From: Gemmatimonadota bacterium
Lineage (GTDB): Bacteria > Gemmatimonadota > Gemmatimonadetes > Gemmatimonadales > Gemmatimonadaceae
Direction: 5' to 3'
Length of the DNA: 64,000 bases
Assembly: GCA_040387895.1 (NCBI GenBank)
Contig: JAZKCW010000017.1
Span: forward strand, 4,204 to 68,203
Of this stretch, positions 18,749 through 27,169 are shown in pieces. The notes under the pieces are model-generated. The model was not told the DNA's origin. It did not search any database and saw only the letters and a program-made list of their open reading frames with translations. Position numbers and translations under genes: made by a program. Position 1 is the stretch's first letter. The number at the start of each line of letters is the position of its first letter.

Positions 18749-21061
18749 TTGACCCTCATCGACCGCCTGCGCGCCAGTCTCCAGGACCGCTACGAGATCG
18801 ACCGCGAGGTCGGGCGTGGCGGCATGGCCACAGTGCTCCGGGCCCGCGACGTGCGCCATGATCGTACAGTTGCGATCAAGGTCCTGCACCCGGAACTGGC
18901 GGAAGGACTGGGCGCCGAGCGTTTCCTGCGCGAGGTGCGCATCACCGCGCGACTGAATCATCCGCACATCCTCCCGCTGCTCGATTCCGGCGAGGCCGAT
19001 GGGCTTCTCTTCTACGTCATGCCGTTCGTCGACGGGGAGTCGCTGCGCGACCGGCTGCAGCGCGAGCGGGAGCTCCCTGTCGACGACGCCCTGCGGCTGG
19101 TCCGCGAAGCCGCAGACGCGCTGGCCTATGCACATGGGCTGGGGATCGTGCACCGCGACATCAAGCCGGAGAACATCCTCCTGCAGAACGGACACGCGCT
19201 CGTCGCCGACTTCGGCATCGCGCGCGCGTTTCAGGACACGGCGCAGCTCACGATGACGGGCATGGCGATCGGGACGCCGGTCTACATGAGCCCCGAGCAG
19301 GCGCACGGCGAGTCGGACATCGATGCGCGGAGCGACCTCTACTCCCTCGCGTGCGTCGCGTACGAGCTGCTCACCGGTGAACCGCCGTACACGGGGCCCA
19401 CTCCGATGGCGATCACCGCGCGCAAGCTGACCGAGTCGGTGCCGCCGCTTCGCACGCGCCGCTCGAGCGTGAGCGCGCCGGTGGAGGTCGCGCTTACGCG
19501 CGCGCTCCAGCGCGCGCCAGCGGATCGATATCCCACCATGCAGGAGTTCATTGCCGCGCTGAGCATGTCGGCGGACGCTGAACCGGTTCGTCGCGCCTCT
19601 TCGCGACGCGTCCCGCTGCTGCTTGGCATGATCGTGGTGCTGCTGGCGGCGACCGGGTGGTTCGCGTTCCGTGCACGTCCCTCGACGCTCGCGGTCGATC
19701 AGTCCTCGATGGCCGTGCTGCCGTTCGAGAACCTGTCATCGGACTCCTCGCAGGCCTACTTCGCCGAAGGACTCGCGGACGAATTGGTCACGAGCCTCTC
19801 GATGGTCGACGGAATGCGCGTCGCGTCGCGCACTTCCACCTCGGCACTGTTGCGCCGCGGGCTCGATATCAAGACCATCGCACAGCGGCTGGATGTCGAG
19901 ACCGTGCTCGAGGGGAGCGTCCGTCTGGCGTCCAACCGGATCCGGGTGGCCACACGACTCGTGAACGTGGGTGAGGATCGTCCGATCTGGTCGCAGACGT
20001 ACGAACGTCCCATCGACGACCTGCTGCGCATTCAGGAGGAGATCGCCACGGCGATCGTCGAAGCGCTGCGTGGCAGACTTCTCGACCGAAATGTTCAGGC
20101 CGTGAGCAGCGGCACGACCGATCCCGAAGCGTACGATCTCTACCTGCAGGGCCGTTCGCTGCGGCTGCGCCAAACAGAGCAGGGACTCAACCGCGCCGTG
20201 GAGTATTTTCGCGCGGCTCTGGCGCGTGCTCCCGACTTCGCGCGCGCGCACGCCGGCCTGGCGGAGACGTACGCGGTGCAGGGGTGGTACGACTTCCAGC
20301 CGCCGCGTCAAGCGTTCCCCGCGGCGCTCGACGCCGCGGCCTCGGCCCTGGAGCTCGAGCCGCGAAACGTATCGGCGCTCGCGACCACCGCCTATGCGAC
20401 CCTGTACTACAGCTGGGACCTTCCGGGCGCCGAGCGTGCGTTTCTGAAGGCGATCGCAGCCGACTCGAACTCGGCGATCGCACATCAGTGGTACGCCAAC
20501 TACCTCGCCGTTGCGCAGCGCTGGGATGCGGCGGAGGAAGAGTTTCGCACGGCGCTTCGTCTCGAACCCACGGCCCCCGTCCGACATGCCGTGCAGGTGT
20601 GGGGGAAGATGTACCGCGGTGATTACGCCCGTGCCATCGAGAGCTTCGACAAGGCGGCGCAGTTCGATTCGTCCTACGCCATCACGTTCCAGTGGGGTGC
20701 CATGGCGCTCGAGGGCGCGGGCCGGCTCGACGAGGCGGTGGTGGCCATGGAGCGCGCAGTGCTACTCTCGGATCGCGGCGCCAGCTTCCTTGCCGGACTG
20801 GCGCGGCTCTACGCGGTGCGTGGTGAACGCGATCGTGCCGGCGTGCTGCTGCAGCAGACCCTCGCGGCCCGCGTGGTCCCCGCCTACGACGTGGCGAAGG
20901 TGTATCTCGCACTCGGCAACCGGTCCGAAACGATGAAGTGGCTGCAGCGCGCGTTCGAGGCGCGTGCGCACTCCATGCTCTTCCTTCGCATCGATCCGCA
21001 ACTCGCGAAGCTGCGTGGTGACCCGGCGTTCGAGGCTTTGGCGCGCAAGGTCGGCGTCTGA
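18749..21061 (+). CDS. Ser/Thr protein kinase with TM helix, TolB-N-like periplasmic module and TPR repeats
   Basis: Kinase motifs GRGGMATVL, AIKVL, HRDIKPENILL, DFGIA and TPVYMSPE. TM segment LLLGMIVVLLAATGWFAF. Then AVLPFENLSSDSSQAYFAEGLADEL, followed by TPR-like helices. Start proposed at TTG 18749, 7 nt after the S9 stop. The track ATG 18596 would overlap S9 with an Arg-rich junk N-terminus. Confidence 0.85.
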   Translation: MTLIDRLRASLQDRYEIDREVGRGGMATVLRARDVRHDRTVAIKVLHPELAEGLGAERFLREVRITARLNHPHILPLLDSGEADGLLFYVMPFVDGESLRDRLQRERELPVDDALRLVREAADALAYAHGLGIVHRDIKPENILLQNGHALVADFGIARAFQDTAQLTMTGMAIGTPVYMSPEQAHGESDIDARSDLYSLACVAYELLTGEPPYTGPTPMAITARKLTESVPPLRTRRSSVSAPVEVALTRALQRAPADRYPTMQEFIAALSMSADAEPVRRASSRRVPLLLGMIVVLLAATGWFAFRARPSTLAVDQSSMAVLPFENLSSDSSQAYFAEGLADELVTSLSMVDGMRVASRTSTSALLRRGLDIKTIAQRLDVETVLEGSVRLASNRIRVATRLVNVGEDRPIWSQTYERPIDDLLRIQEEIATAIVEALRGRLLDRNVQAVSSGTTDPEAYDLYLQGRSLRLRQTEQGLNRAVEYFRAALARAPDFARAHAGLAETYAVQGWYDFQPPRQAFPAALDAAASALELEPRNVSALATTAYATLYYSWDLPGAERAFLKAIAADSNSAIAHQWYANYLAVAQRWDAAEEEFRTALRLEPTAPVRHAVQVWGKMYRGDYARAIESFDKAAQFDSSYAITFQWGAMALEGAGRLDEAVVAMERAVLLSDRGASFLAGLARLYAVRGERDRAGVLLQQTLAARVVPAYDVAKVYLALGNRSETMKWLQRAFEARAHSMLFLRIDPQLAKLRGDPAFEALARKVGV

Positions 21062-21200
21062 CGAAAGATCGGGTTCTGCGCGTGAGCTCGCAGGAGCAGA
21101 CGCGAGGCACACAGCGCACGAGCCTGCAACCTGCTGCTTGACCCCACGGTTGCGAGGTGCATGTTCCCGCGACGCCTCCGGCGCTTTCGCGGTGGCACGA

Positions 21201-22067
21201 ATGACACACCCCACGTCGGAGCACCACGTGAAGAATGCCCTGCCGCAGCTCGCCACCCTCACCTGCGCGCTGCTGGCCGCCTGTGCGGATGCGCCCACTG
21301 TTCCGTCGCCATCGGCGATCGTGCCGCCCCTCGCCGCCGCGCCCATCAAGTACGGGTCGCTCGATGGTGCCGCACATCCCGCTGTCGTCCTGCTGATCGC
21401 CGAAGTGGGTGGCCAGCCCGCGTGGCGCTGCACCGGCACGCTGATCTCACCCGTCTTCGTGATCACTGCCGGTCACTGCACCGGGAACACCGGGGAAATC
21501 AGCGGCGCCCGCGTCTTCACCGAGTCCGACGTGCAGAACGGCACCAACAGCTATCCATTCGCCGGCGCGAACGCCGTGGAGGCGGTGGGCTGGTGGACTT
21601 TTCCGGGGTACACGGATGCTGCCTTCTTTCGGTACGACGTCGGCATCGTCAAGCTCGCGCGCCCCGTGGTGCTTCCTGCGGCGGCGTATGGCGTGATTCC
21701 GGGCCTCGACCAGCTCGACGCCCTCAAGCCATCAGGCTCCACGACCTTCACGGCCGTCGGATACGGCCTGCAGTTCTCGAATCCGGCTCACGTGATGGCC
21801 CAGCGCGTTCGCATGACGGCGACACCGCGGCTCGTGCAGATCAACACGGCTTTCACCGGACCGGCGTCGCTGCTGCTGTCGAACAACGCGTCCACCGGCG
21901 GCATGTGCTTCGGCGATTCTGGCGGCCCGAGCTTCATCGGCACGACGAACGTGATCGCAGCCGTTACGTCATTCGCCATCAACCCCACCTGCTCCGGTAC
22001 GGGCGGTGTATTCCGCCTCGACCGCGCGGCCGTGCGCGCATTCATCGCGGAAACACTGACGAAGTAG
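21201..22067 (+). CDS. Trypsin-like (S1) serine protease lipoprotein
   Basis: CTGTLISPVFVITAGHC (His motif) and CFGDSGGP (Ser motif). Lipobox LTCALLAAC after ATG 21201. Confidence 0.85.
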   Translation: MTHPTSEHHVKNALPQLATLTCALLAACADAPTVPSPSAIVPPLAAAPIKYGSLDGAAHPAVVLLIAEVGGQPAWRCTGTLISPVFVITAGHCTGNTGEISGARVFTESDVQNGTNSYPFAGANAVEAVGWWTFPGYTDAAFFRYDVGIVKLARPVVLPAAAYGVIPGLDQLDALKPSGSTTFTAVGYGLQFSNPAHVMAQRVRMTATPRLVQINTAFTGPASLLLSNNASTGGMCFGDSGGPSFIGTTNVIAAVTSFAINPTCSGTGGVFRLDRAAVRAFIAETLTK

Positions 22068-22078
22068 CAGGTCGGCAC

Positions 22079-22103
22079 GCCGCGCGCCGATCGGGCGCGC
22101 GGC
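22079..22103 (+). terminator. GC-rich hairpin after the S1 protease gene
   Basis: Perfect 10-bp stem gccgcgcgcc / ggcgcgcggc with loop gatcg, 12 nt after the stop. Followed by a weak T-rich run (gtgtttgt). Confidence 0.5.
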
Positions 22104-22132
22104 ACGCGAAAGTGTTTGTCCTCAGCGACTTC

Positions 22133-22732
22133 ATGTTTCGGCTCACGCAACCCAGCACCCGGCAGATCGCGACGTTTCTCTCCCGTCAGCAAGCGCAATC
22201 ATTCTCGTACGCTGAGGTCGGCGCGACTCGCGAGAACAGCGCGCCGGACCGTTACACCGTCGACCACAATCGCATTCGGCTGGGTTACGGCGCCGCCGTG
22301 TTCGACAAGGCGGTCAGCGCGCTTCGCGCGTGGCGGATGGCCGCGCTGGGGTGGTCGACCGTTCATCCGGCGAGCACGATGATCCTCCCAGGCGCGACAG
22401 TGGCCGTGGTCGTGCGCCACTATGGTTTCTGGTCGATGAATGCATGTCGCGTCGTGTACCTGCTGGACGAGGAGAGCGAGAACATGCGCTGCACGGGGTT
22501 CGCGTACGGCACGTTGCCGGAGCACGGCGAGGCGGGCGAGGAGCGGTTCATCGTCGAGTGGCACAGGGCTGACGACAGTGTGTGGTATGACCTACTCGCG
22601 TTCTCGCGTCCCGGGCATGTGCTGACGCGGATGGGGTACCCGCTCGCGCGTCGGCTGCAGCGGCGCTTTGCGCAGGGGTCGAAGCAGGCCATGGTGAACG
22701 CGGTGCGGGAAGACGCGGTCGGCGTCAAATGA
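22133..22732 (+). CDS. DUF1990 family protein
   Basis: FSYAEVGATRE...YTVDHNRIRLGYGAAVFDKAVSALRAWRM matches my recollection of the DUF1990 N-terminal signature. It occupies only the last 200 codons of track ORF 21161..22732. Confidence 0.7.
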   Translation: MFRLTQPSTRQIATFLSRQQAQSFSYAEVGATRENSAPDRYTVDHNRIRLGYGAAVFDKAVSALRAWRMAALGWSTVHPASTMILPGATVAVVVRHYGFWSMNACRVVYLLDEESENMRCTGFAYGTLPEHGEAGEERFIVEWHRADDSVWYDLLAFSRPGHVLTRMGYPLARRLQRRFAQGSKQAMVNAVREDAVGVK

Positions 22733-22790
22733 CAGGCCACAGCCTGTCCGCTGGTCTCATCGTCACGCTCACCGTCATCGTGAGCAGACG

Positions 22791-23453
22791 ATGAACACTC
22801 GTCGACGATTCATCGCGTTGCCGCTCCTCCTCGCGCTGCTGGCGGGCTGTGGTGAGCAGCAAGGAACTCCGCAGGCAACACCGCAGGCAACACCGCAGGC
22901 AACAGCGCAGGCAACACCGCAGGCAACACCGCAGGCAACACCTCGAGCTGACGCAGCTTCGTCAGGGGAACGCACCGCAGCGGACACACGCGTCTCCGGA
23001 GCTGGCGCCGCGCGTCTCGACTCGGCGGCGCGTCGACTGGTGGCGTTCCTCCGGGATGAGCGCCCGCTCGACTCACTGTGGCTCGCCGACACGGTGGTGC
23101 TCCGGCTGGCACCGGAGGGTGGCGGGCACGAGGCACGAGTGCCGCGCACCGAGCTCGGCGAACGCACCGCTTGGGCAGTGTCGGCGGGACGAACGCGCTA
23201 CGCCATCGCCCCCGCAGCCGGCATGTCGCAACTCACGACGGCCGTCGGCCGCCACTTCAACTGTCAGCCAACAGTGCTCGCCCAACGTGTACCAGCGTGG
23301 GCGAACGCGCCGCACGTCGGCGCCCGGCTCGCGTCTACCGCGGGCGAAGAGAGCTGTCTGCGGGTCTGGAACGCGACCTTCGTGTTCGACACGACCTCGC
23401 CGGTCGGGCGCCCGCGGCTTGTCGGTGTGCTCTATGACCAGTGGGAGTGGTAG
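22791..23453 (+). CDS. Hypothetical lipoprotein with (TPQA)6 linker
   Basis: Lipobox LLALLAGC followed by GTPQATPQATPQATAQATPQATPQATP. The rest has no recognisable domain. Confidence 0.7.
   Translation: MNTRRRFIALPLLLALLAGCGEQQGTPQATPQATPQATAQATPQATPQATPRADAASSGERTAADTRVSGAGAARLDSAARRLVAFLRDERPLDSLWLADTVVLRLAPEGGGHEARVPRTELGERTAWAVSAGRTRYAIAPAAGMSQLTTAVGRHFNCQPTVLAQRVPAWANAPHVGARLASTAGEESCLRVWNATFVFDTTSPVGRPRLVGVLYDQWEW
22869..22940 (+). repeat. 12-bp tandem repeat x6 (ccgcaggcaaca), coding
   Basis: Five perfect copies and one 1-mismatch copy (gcgcaggcaaca at 22905-22916), in frame within the lipoprotein linker. Confidence 0.95.
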
Positions 23454-23465
23454 CCCATGCCCCGC

Positions 23466-23780
23466 CTACGCCACCAGCCGTTCGGATACGATGAGCTGCG
23501 GCGGCGTGTTCGCCGTGAGGCGCATGAGCGCGCGCGCATTATCGTCACAGCTGCTCTCCAACCCGGTCGGGAGACGCAGCTCGCGCGTGCGCCGCACCGC
23601 GAGATAGCGTTCGGCGTCGCGCCGGAACTCGGCCGCCAGCGCAACCGGGACCTCGTCCTCGTGCACCGCCTTGGCAGCGTCGCTGATGCGCTTCGCGAGA
23701 GCCCGCGCGGTGTCCGGCGCGACCCGAAAGTTCGACACGGGCATCGTGAGCCCGAAGAACGTCTGCAATGTTGCGGTCAT
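23466..23780 (-). CDS. Hypothetical small protein (104 aa)
   Basis: ATG 23780 is preceded by GGAAGGAG. High GC3. Sequence MTATLQTFFGLTMPVSNFRVAPDTARALAKRISDAAKAV... No family recognised. The longer track ORF adds a Cys/Arg-rich N-terminus with no support. Confidence 0.6.
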   Translation of the reverse strand: MTATLQTFFGLTMPVSNFRVAPDTARALAKRISDAAKAVHEDEVPVALAAEFRRDAERYLAVRRTRELRLPTGLESSCDDNARALMRLTANTPPQLIVSERLVA

Positions 23781-23938
23781 GTTCCTGCTCCTTCCTGCTG
23801 CTGCATGTCTGGGAGCGCGTTTCGCTCCGTCCGGCGCTCTGTAGTGCGAGGAGAATGCCGACTCTGCAGTGCCAGTCAGGCAGTCTTTCTTGCCGTGTGC
23901 TGGGCAGCAGACGCAATGGCGGCGGGACGAGCGCCGCA

Positions 23939-24472
23939 ATGGCGGATTCCCCGTGGTGCGCGCCGCGGCGGCGTTGCAGCTTCCACGATCCCTTGGACGC
24001 CCGTCCTCTCGCCACCAGAGAATCGCCGTTGTCAGTTCAGCCGCGTGACCCCGACTTCGAGCGACGCGTGCGGGCGAGTTTCGGGCGTCAGGTGGCCATG
24101 CAGACGCTTGGCATCACGATGGAGCGCGTGGCGCCGGGTGAGGTCGAGCTCATGCTCCCGTTCCGGGCCGACCTCACCCAACAGCATGGATTCCTGCACG
24201 CGGGCGTCGTCACTGCCGCCGCGGACACCGCGTGCGGGTACGCTGCACTCACGCTGATGGAAACCGGCGTCGCGGTGCTCAGCGTGGAGTTCAAGGTGCA
24301 GCTGCTGGCACCGGCCCGTGGTGCACGGTTCGTTGCGCTCGGGCGGGTGGTCAAGGCGGGGCGCACCCTCACCGTCGTGGCAGGTGAGGTGCGCTCGGAT
24401 GACGGGCAGACCGTCGCGCTGCTGAACGGGACGATGATGGCGGTACGGGACCGGCCCGAACTGCTGGACTAG
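23939..24472 (+). CDS. PaaI/4HBT hotdog-fold thioesterase family protein
   Basis: FERRVRASFGRQVAMQTLGITMERVAPGEVELMLPF...QQHGFLHAGVVTAAADTACGYAA...GRTLTVVAGEV is typical of the PaaI (TIGR00369-like) core. Start uncertain: ATG 23939, or TTG 24029, which would give a canonical ~147 aa. Confidence 0.8.
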   Translation: MADSPWCAPRRRCSFHDPLDARPLATRESPLSVQPRDPDFERRVRASFGRQVAMQTLGITMERVAPGEVELMLPFRADLTQQHGFLHAGVVTAAADTACGYAALTLMETGVAVLSVEFKVQLLAPARGARFVALGRVVKAGRTLTVVAGEVRSDDGQTVALLNGTMMAVRDRPELLD

Positions 24473-24729
24473 CAGCGCTGGCACAGTCGGTAGTGCAAAC
24501 AGGGTCGCTCGGCGATCGGCAGTATTGGTGGTGCTCTGCAGCCTATCGCATCTGCAGTTGTGCGGCGGGCGATCGCCTGATCGATGTGCCGGGCATGGCT
24601 TGCGAGCGGCTGCACGTAGCGGCACGTTCGGCGAAGGCTGCAGGAATCGGCAGCATGACGCAGCGGCTACAGCGATCGGCTGCAGGCTACGACGCGTCAG
24701 ACCGCCCCACACATCATCGAGAGAGCGAA

Positions 24730-25071
24730 ATGACCGCTGCCGTTGCTGCGATCGCCGCCCGGGAGCATGCCCAGCGCGTGCAGGCGATCACGGACGCCTT
24801 CATCCGGGCAGGAGCCACAGCTCCCGCGCAGGCACGGACGCTCGCGGACCTCGGTGTCGAGCACGCCGACGCTGCCAATGCCCTCGCCCGAGCCGGCGTG
24901 TTGGTGCGCGGCGCGCACGCAGACACGTGGTACGTCGACGCGGCGGCCGCAGCGTCCCGCCGCGCGACGGACGTGCGCGGAGCGCAGCGTCGGCGGGCGA
25001 CCATCATGGTGGGTGGACTCGTTGGCGTCCTCGTCGCCGCCGCTCTCGCGTGGTTGATCAAGGGCGGGTGA
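24730..25071 (+). CDS. Hypothetical small protein with C-terminal TM anchor
   Basis: 113 aa with high GC3. C-terminal MVGGLVGVLVAAALAWLI is hydrophobic. The upstream in-frame part of ORF 24493..25071 has low GC3. Confidence 0.5.
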   Translation: MTAAVAAIAAREHAQRVQAITDAFIRAGATAPAQARTLADLGVEHADAANALARAGVLVRGAHADTWYVDAAAAASRRATDVRGAQRRRATIMVGGLVGVLVAAALAWLIKGG

Positions 25072-25143
25072 GCACTGGCCCAACGAATCGATGCCGCTGA
25101 CGCGGTGGCAGGGCAGGTAGTACGCGGTTGGCGAGCGTGACAC

Positions 25144-25180
25144 CCGCGAACCGCACCGTTCCAGCGGGTGCGGTTCGCGG
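25144..25180. terminator. Bidirectional terminator-like hairpin
   Basis: Perfect 14-bp stem ccgcgaaccgcacc / ggtgcggttcgcgg with a 9-nt loop, between convergent genes ending at 25071 and 25192. Confidence 0.6.
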
Positions 25181-25191
25181 CACCAGGACCG

Positions 25192-25962
25192 CTACGGTAC
25201 TGCCGCGATGATCGTCTGGCCGGACGGTAAGGTGACGAACGATCGCACCTGTGCATACACCGTCGCGTTCTCCTTGAGCTGGCTATGCGACATGCACGCG
25301 GTCTCCGTATTGGTCGCGCCAGACAGGATCGTGCTGCTGCGCGGGTTGACGACCTCGTCGCACGGTGACCGCCACGTCGCATAGAACGTGGTGCCCCACG
25401 TCTCGTCGGTCGCGTTGAGCGTCGAGAGGAAACTCGATCCCGGCCACATCTCGAAGCAGGACGTTTGAAAGCACGCGTAGGCCGTGCTCGTCCCGTGATC
25501 GACGCCGGCCAACGACACCATCGCAGCCACCTTGCTGTCACCAGCCAGGTTGCGAAGGTAGTAGCGTGCCGAGAGCGATCCCATCGAATGCGTGATCAGC
25601 GTGACCTTGGCTGCACCGGTATTCGCGCGGATGGAATCCACCTTCGCGGCGATGATGCCGGCGGTGGTCGCATTCGACCGGGAAAAGTCGTACGAGAACG
25701 TGTGCAGCTCGGCATCGGTCCAGCCGTCCGCGCGGAACCGGCTCCGCATCGTCGACCAGGTGCTCGCGCTCGAGTTCCATCCATGCACGAAGATGATCGG
25801 CGTGTGCGCCGGCGATGGTGTTGGCGGCGGCGGCGGTGGCGGCGACTTCTTCGCGAAAGCGGGCTGGACCGCCGATAGATCAGCCTGCGGTGCAGTGGGA
25901 GAGTCGCACGCGGTGAGCATGGCGAGAGCGGAAGCAGCGAACATCAGGGCAGCGTGGCGCAT
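25192..25962 (-). CDS. Secreted alpha/beta-hydrolase lipase/esterase (LipA/EstA-like) lipoprotein
   Basis: TPIIFVHGWNSSASTW and LITHSMGS (GxSxG-type nucleophile elbow). Lipobox AMLTAC after ATG 25962. Pro-rich linker PPPPPPTPSP. Confidence 0.8.
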   Translation of the reverse strand: MRHAALMFAASALAMLTACDSPTAPQADLSAVQPAFAKKSPPPPPPPTPSPAHTPIIFVHGWNSSASTWSTMRSRFRADGWTDAELHTFSYDFSRSNATTAGIIAAKVDSIRANTGAAKVTLITHSMGSLSARYYLRNLAGDSKVAAMVSLAGVDHGTSTAYACFQTSCFEMWPGSSFLSTLNATDETWGTTFYATWRSPCDEVVNPRSSTILSGATNTETACMSHSQLKENATVYAQVRSFVTLPSGQTIIAAVP

Positions 25963-26348
25963 GCGATCACCGAGACGGGAGCACGAGGAGTGGCGGGACG
26001 TGAACATGGTTGCATTCGGTCGCGCACGCAAGCGGACCTGTGACTGCGCCCGCACACGATGCGATGGTCTGCGTGCGAGCTTGCTGCGTTCGCGCTACGC
26101 TCGCTCTACGCTCGCAACTGACGTTAGCCTTGTCGCGGAGCGCGGCGTCCGTCCATCGCCCTGGAAAGCAATGCGACTCGCGAGACGAAGCTTCGCGTAC
26201 ACCAAGGGAGTGTTGTCGATGCCAGTCGTGAAGCGCCGGATCCTTTGTGCCGGTTTGCCTATTTGAGCCCGGCAGCGTTACATACCACCGGCGGCGAGGA
26301 GCTATCGTTTCCGGCCGCCCCGCTAGCCTCTTCGACAATGAGGTCAGA

Positions 26349-26762
26349 ATGCTGCGACGCTCCTTGCTGTCATTTGTCATTTGCCTGGTCGCTCTCGCGT
26401 GCAGCGACACCACGAGTCCCGGCTCCAATCGTGGAGAAGTTGGTACATGGCGACTGCAGACCATCAACGGTCTTCCGCTGCCGTTCACGCTCGAGGGGGC
26501 CGGGGCGAACAGGGTCGACGTGACTGCCGAGTCCATGACACTGGTTGCGCCGGGCCGCGTTACGATGGTCACCGCATTCCGCGTGACCGAAGGTGGCAAC
26601 GTTTCGACGGAATCGGTGCCGGATGCGGGAACGTACTCCGTCAACGGCTCGACGGTGACGTTCAAGTTCGACAGCGACGGATCGACTCCCACCGCAACAG
26701 TGAACGGCGACACGATGACTCTCGGTGACATCGGTCTGACGTTCGTGTATCGTCGCGAGTGA
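26349..26762 (+). CDS. Hypothetical lipoprotein (lipocalin-like beta protein)
   Basis: MLRRSLLSFVICLVALAC lipobox. GTWRLQTINGLPLP...YSVNGSTVTF is a beta-rich pattern. GAGG RBS. Confidence 0.65.
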   Translation: MLRRSLLSFVICLVALACSDTTSPGSNRGEVGTWRLQTINGLPLPFTLEGAGANRVDVTAESMTLVAPGRVTMVTAFRVTEGGNVSTESVPDAGTYSVNGSTVTFKFDSDGSTPTATVNGDTMTLGDIGLTFVYRRE

Positions 26763-27112
26763 GACCGCGGATGAAGCGATCGATCATGACCGGGAGCATC
26801 GCCGCCTTGCTCAGCATGTTTCCGGTTGCGTCACTGCTGGCGCTCGTCTGGAAATTTCCACTCCCGATGGGGGGCTATGCGCAGGGCGTTCGTGCTGCTC
26901 TCCTCGCACCCCTGGCCGCGCTCTTCTATGGGCTGTTCGGCGGGTTCCTGGTGGTGCCAGCCCTGGGAGCCGCGTCCGGTGCACTCGCATTCAAGTTGTC
27001 CGAGGGCGATAGCGGCCAGGCCAGGAAGCTGAGCATCGCGCTGGGTGTGGCTTCCGCGGTTGCTGCCGGCGTGTTCCTCAACGTCCTAGACAAGATCATT
27101 GGGCCATGGTGA
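26759..27112 (+). CDS. Small integral membrane protein
   Basis: About 4 hydrophobic segments. GTG 26759 overlaps the upstream stop (GTGA). Alternative start ATG 26771. Confidence 0.6.
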   Translation: MRPRMKRSIMTGSIAALLSMFPVASLLALVWKFPLPMGGYAQGVRAALLAPLAALFYGLFGGFLVVPALGAASGALAFKLSEGDSGQARKLSIALGVASAVAAGVFLNVLDKIIGPW

Positions 27113-27116
27113 TGCG

Positions 27117-27143
27117 TGCCGCGCGCCGGATGAGCGCGCGGCA
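27117..27143. terminator. Bidirectional terminator-like hairpin
   Basis: Perfect 10-bp stem tgccgcgcgc / gcgcgcggca with a 7-nt loop, between convergent genes ending at 27112 and 27170. Confidence 0.55.
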
Positions 27144-27169
27144 ACCTGCGTCATTTGCTCCGGGATTCC

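Noticed and set aside
21161-22132. 523-aa ORF 21161..22732 as a single gene
   Set aside because: The first ~324 codons are an out-of-frame shadow of the S1 protease gene. Only the last 200 codons (from ATG 22133) form the DUF1990 protein.
24511-24689. Three copies of a (G/A)ATCGGC(A/T)G motif and several CTGCAG sites in the 257-bp spacer upstream of 24730
   Set aside because: The motifs are short and degenerate in GC-rich DNA, with irregular spacing. They cannot be distinguished from chance without comparative data.
26255-26283. TTGCCT-N17-TTACAT as a sigma-70 promoter for the 26349 lipoprotein gene
   Set aside because: It matches the consensus at only 4/6 and 3/6 positions. That is too weak to report as a feature without TSS data.
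22733-27112. Block of small lipoprotein and hypothetical genes as a mobile or defence island
   Set aside because: There is no integrase, transposase, flanking tRNA, flanking direct repeats or nuclease/ATPase defence hallmarks. GC content and codon usage look native.
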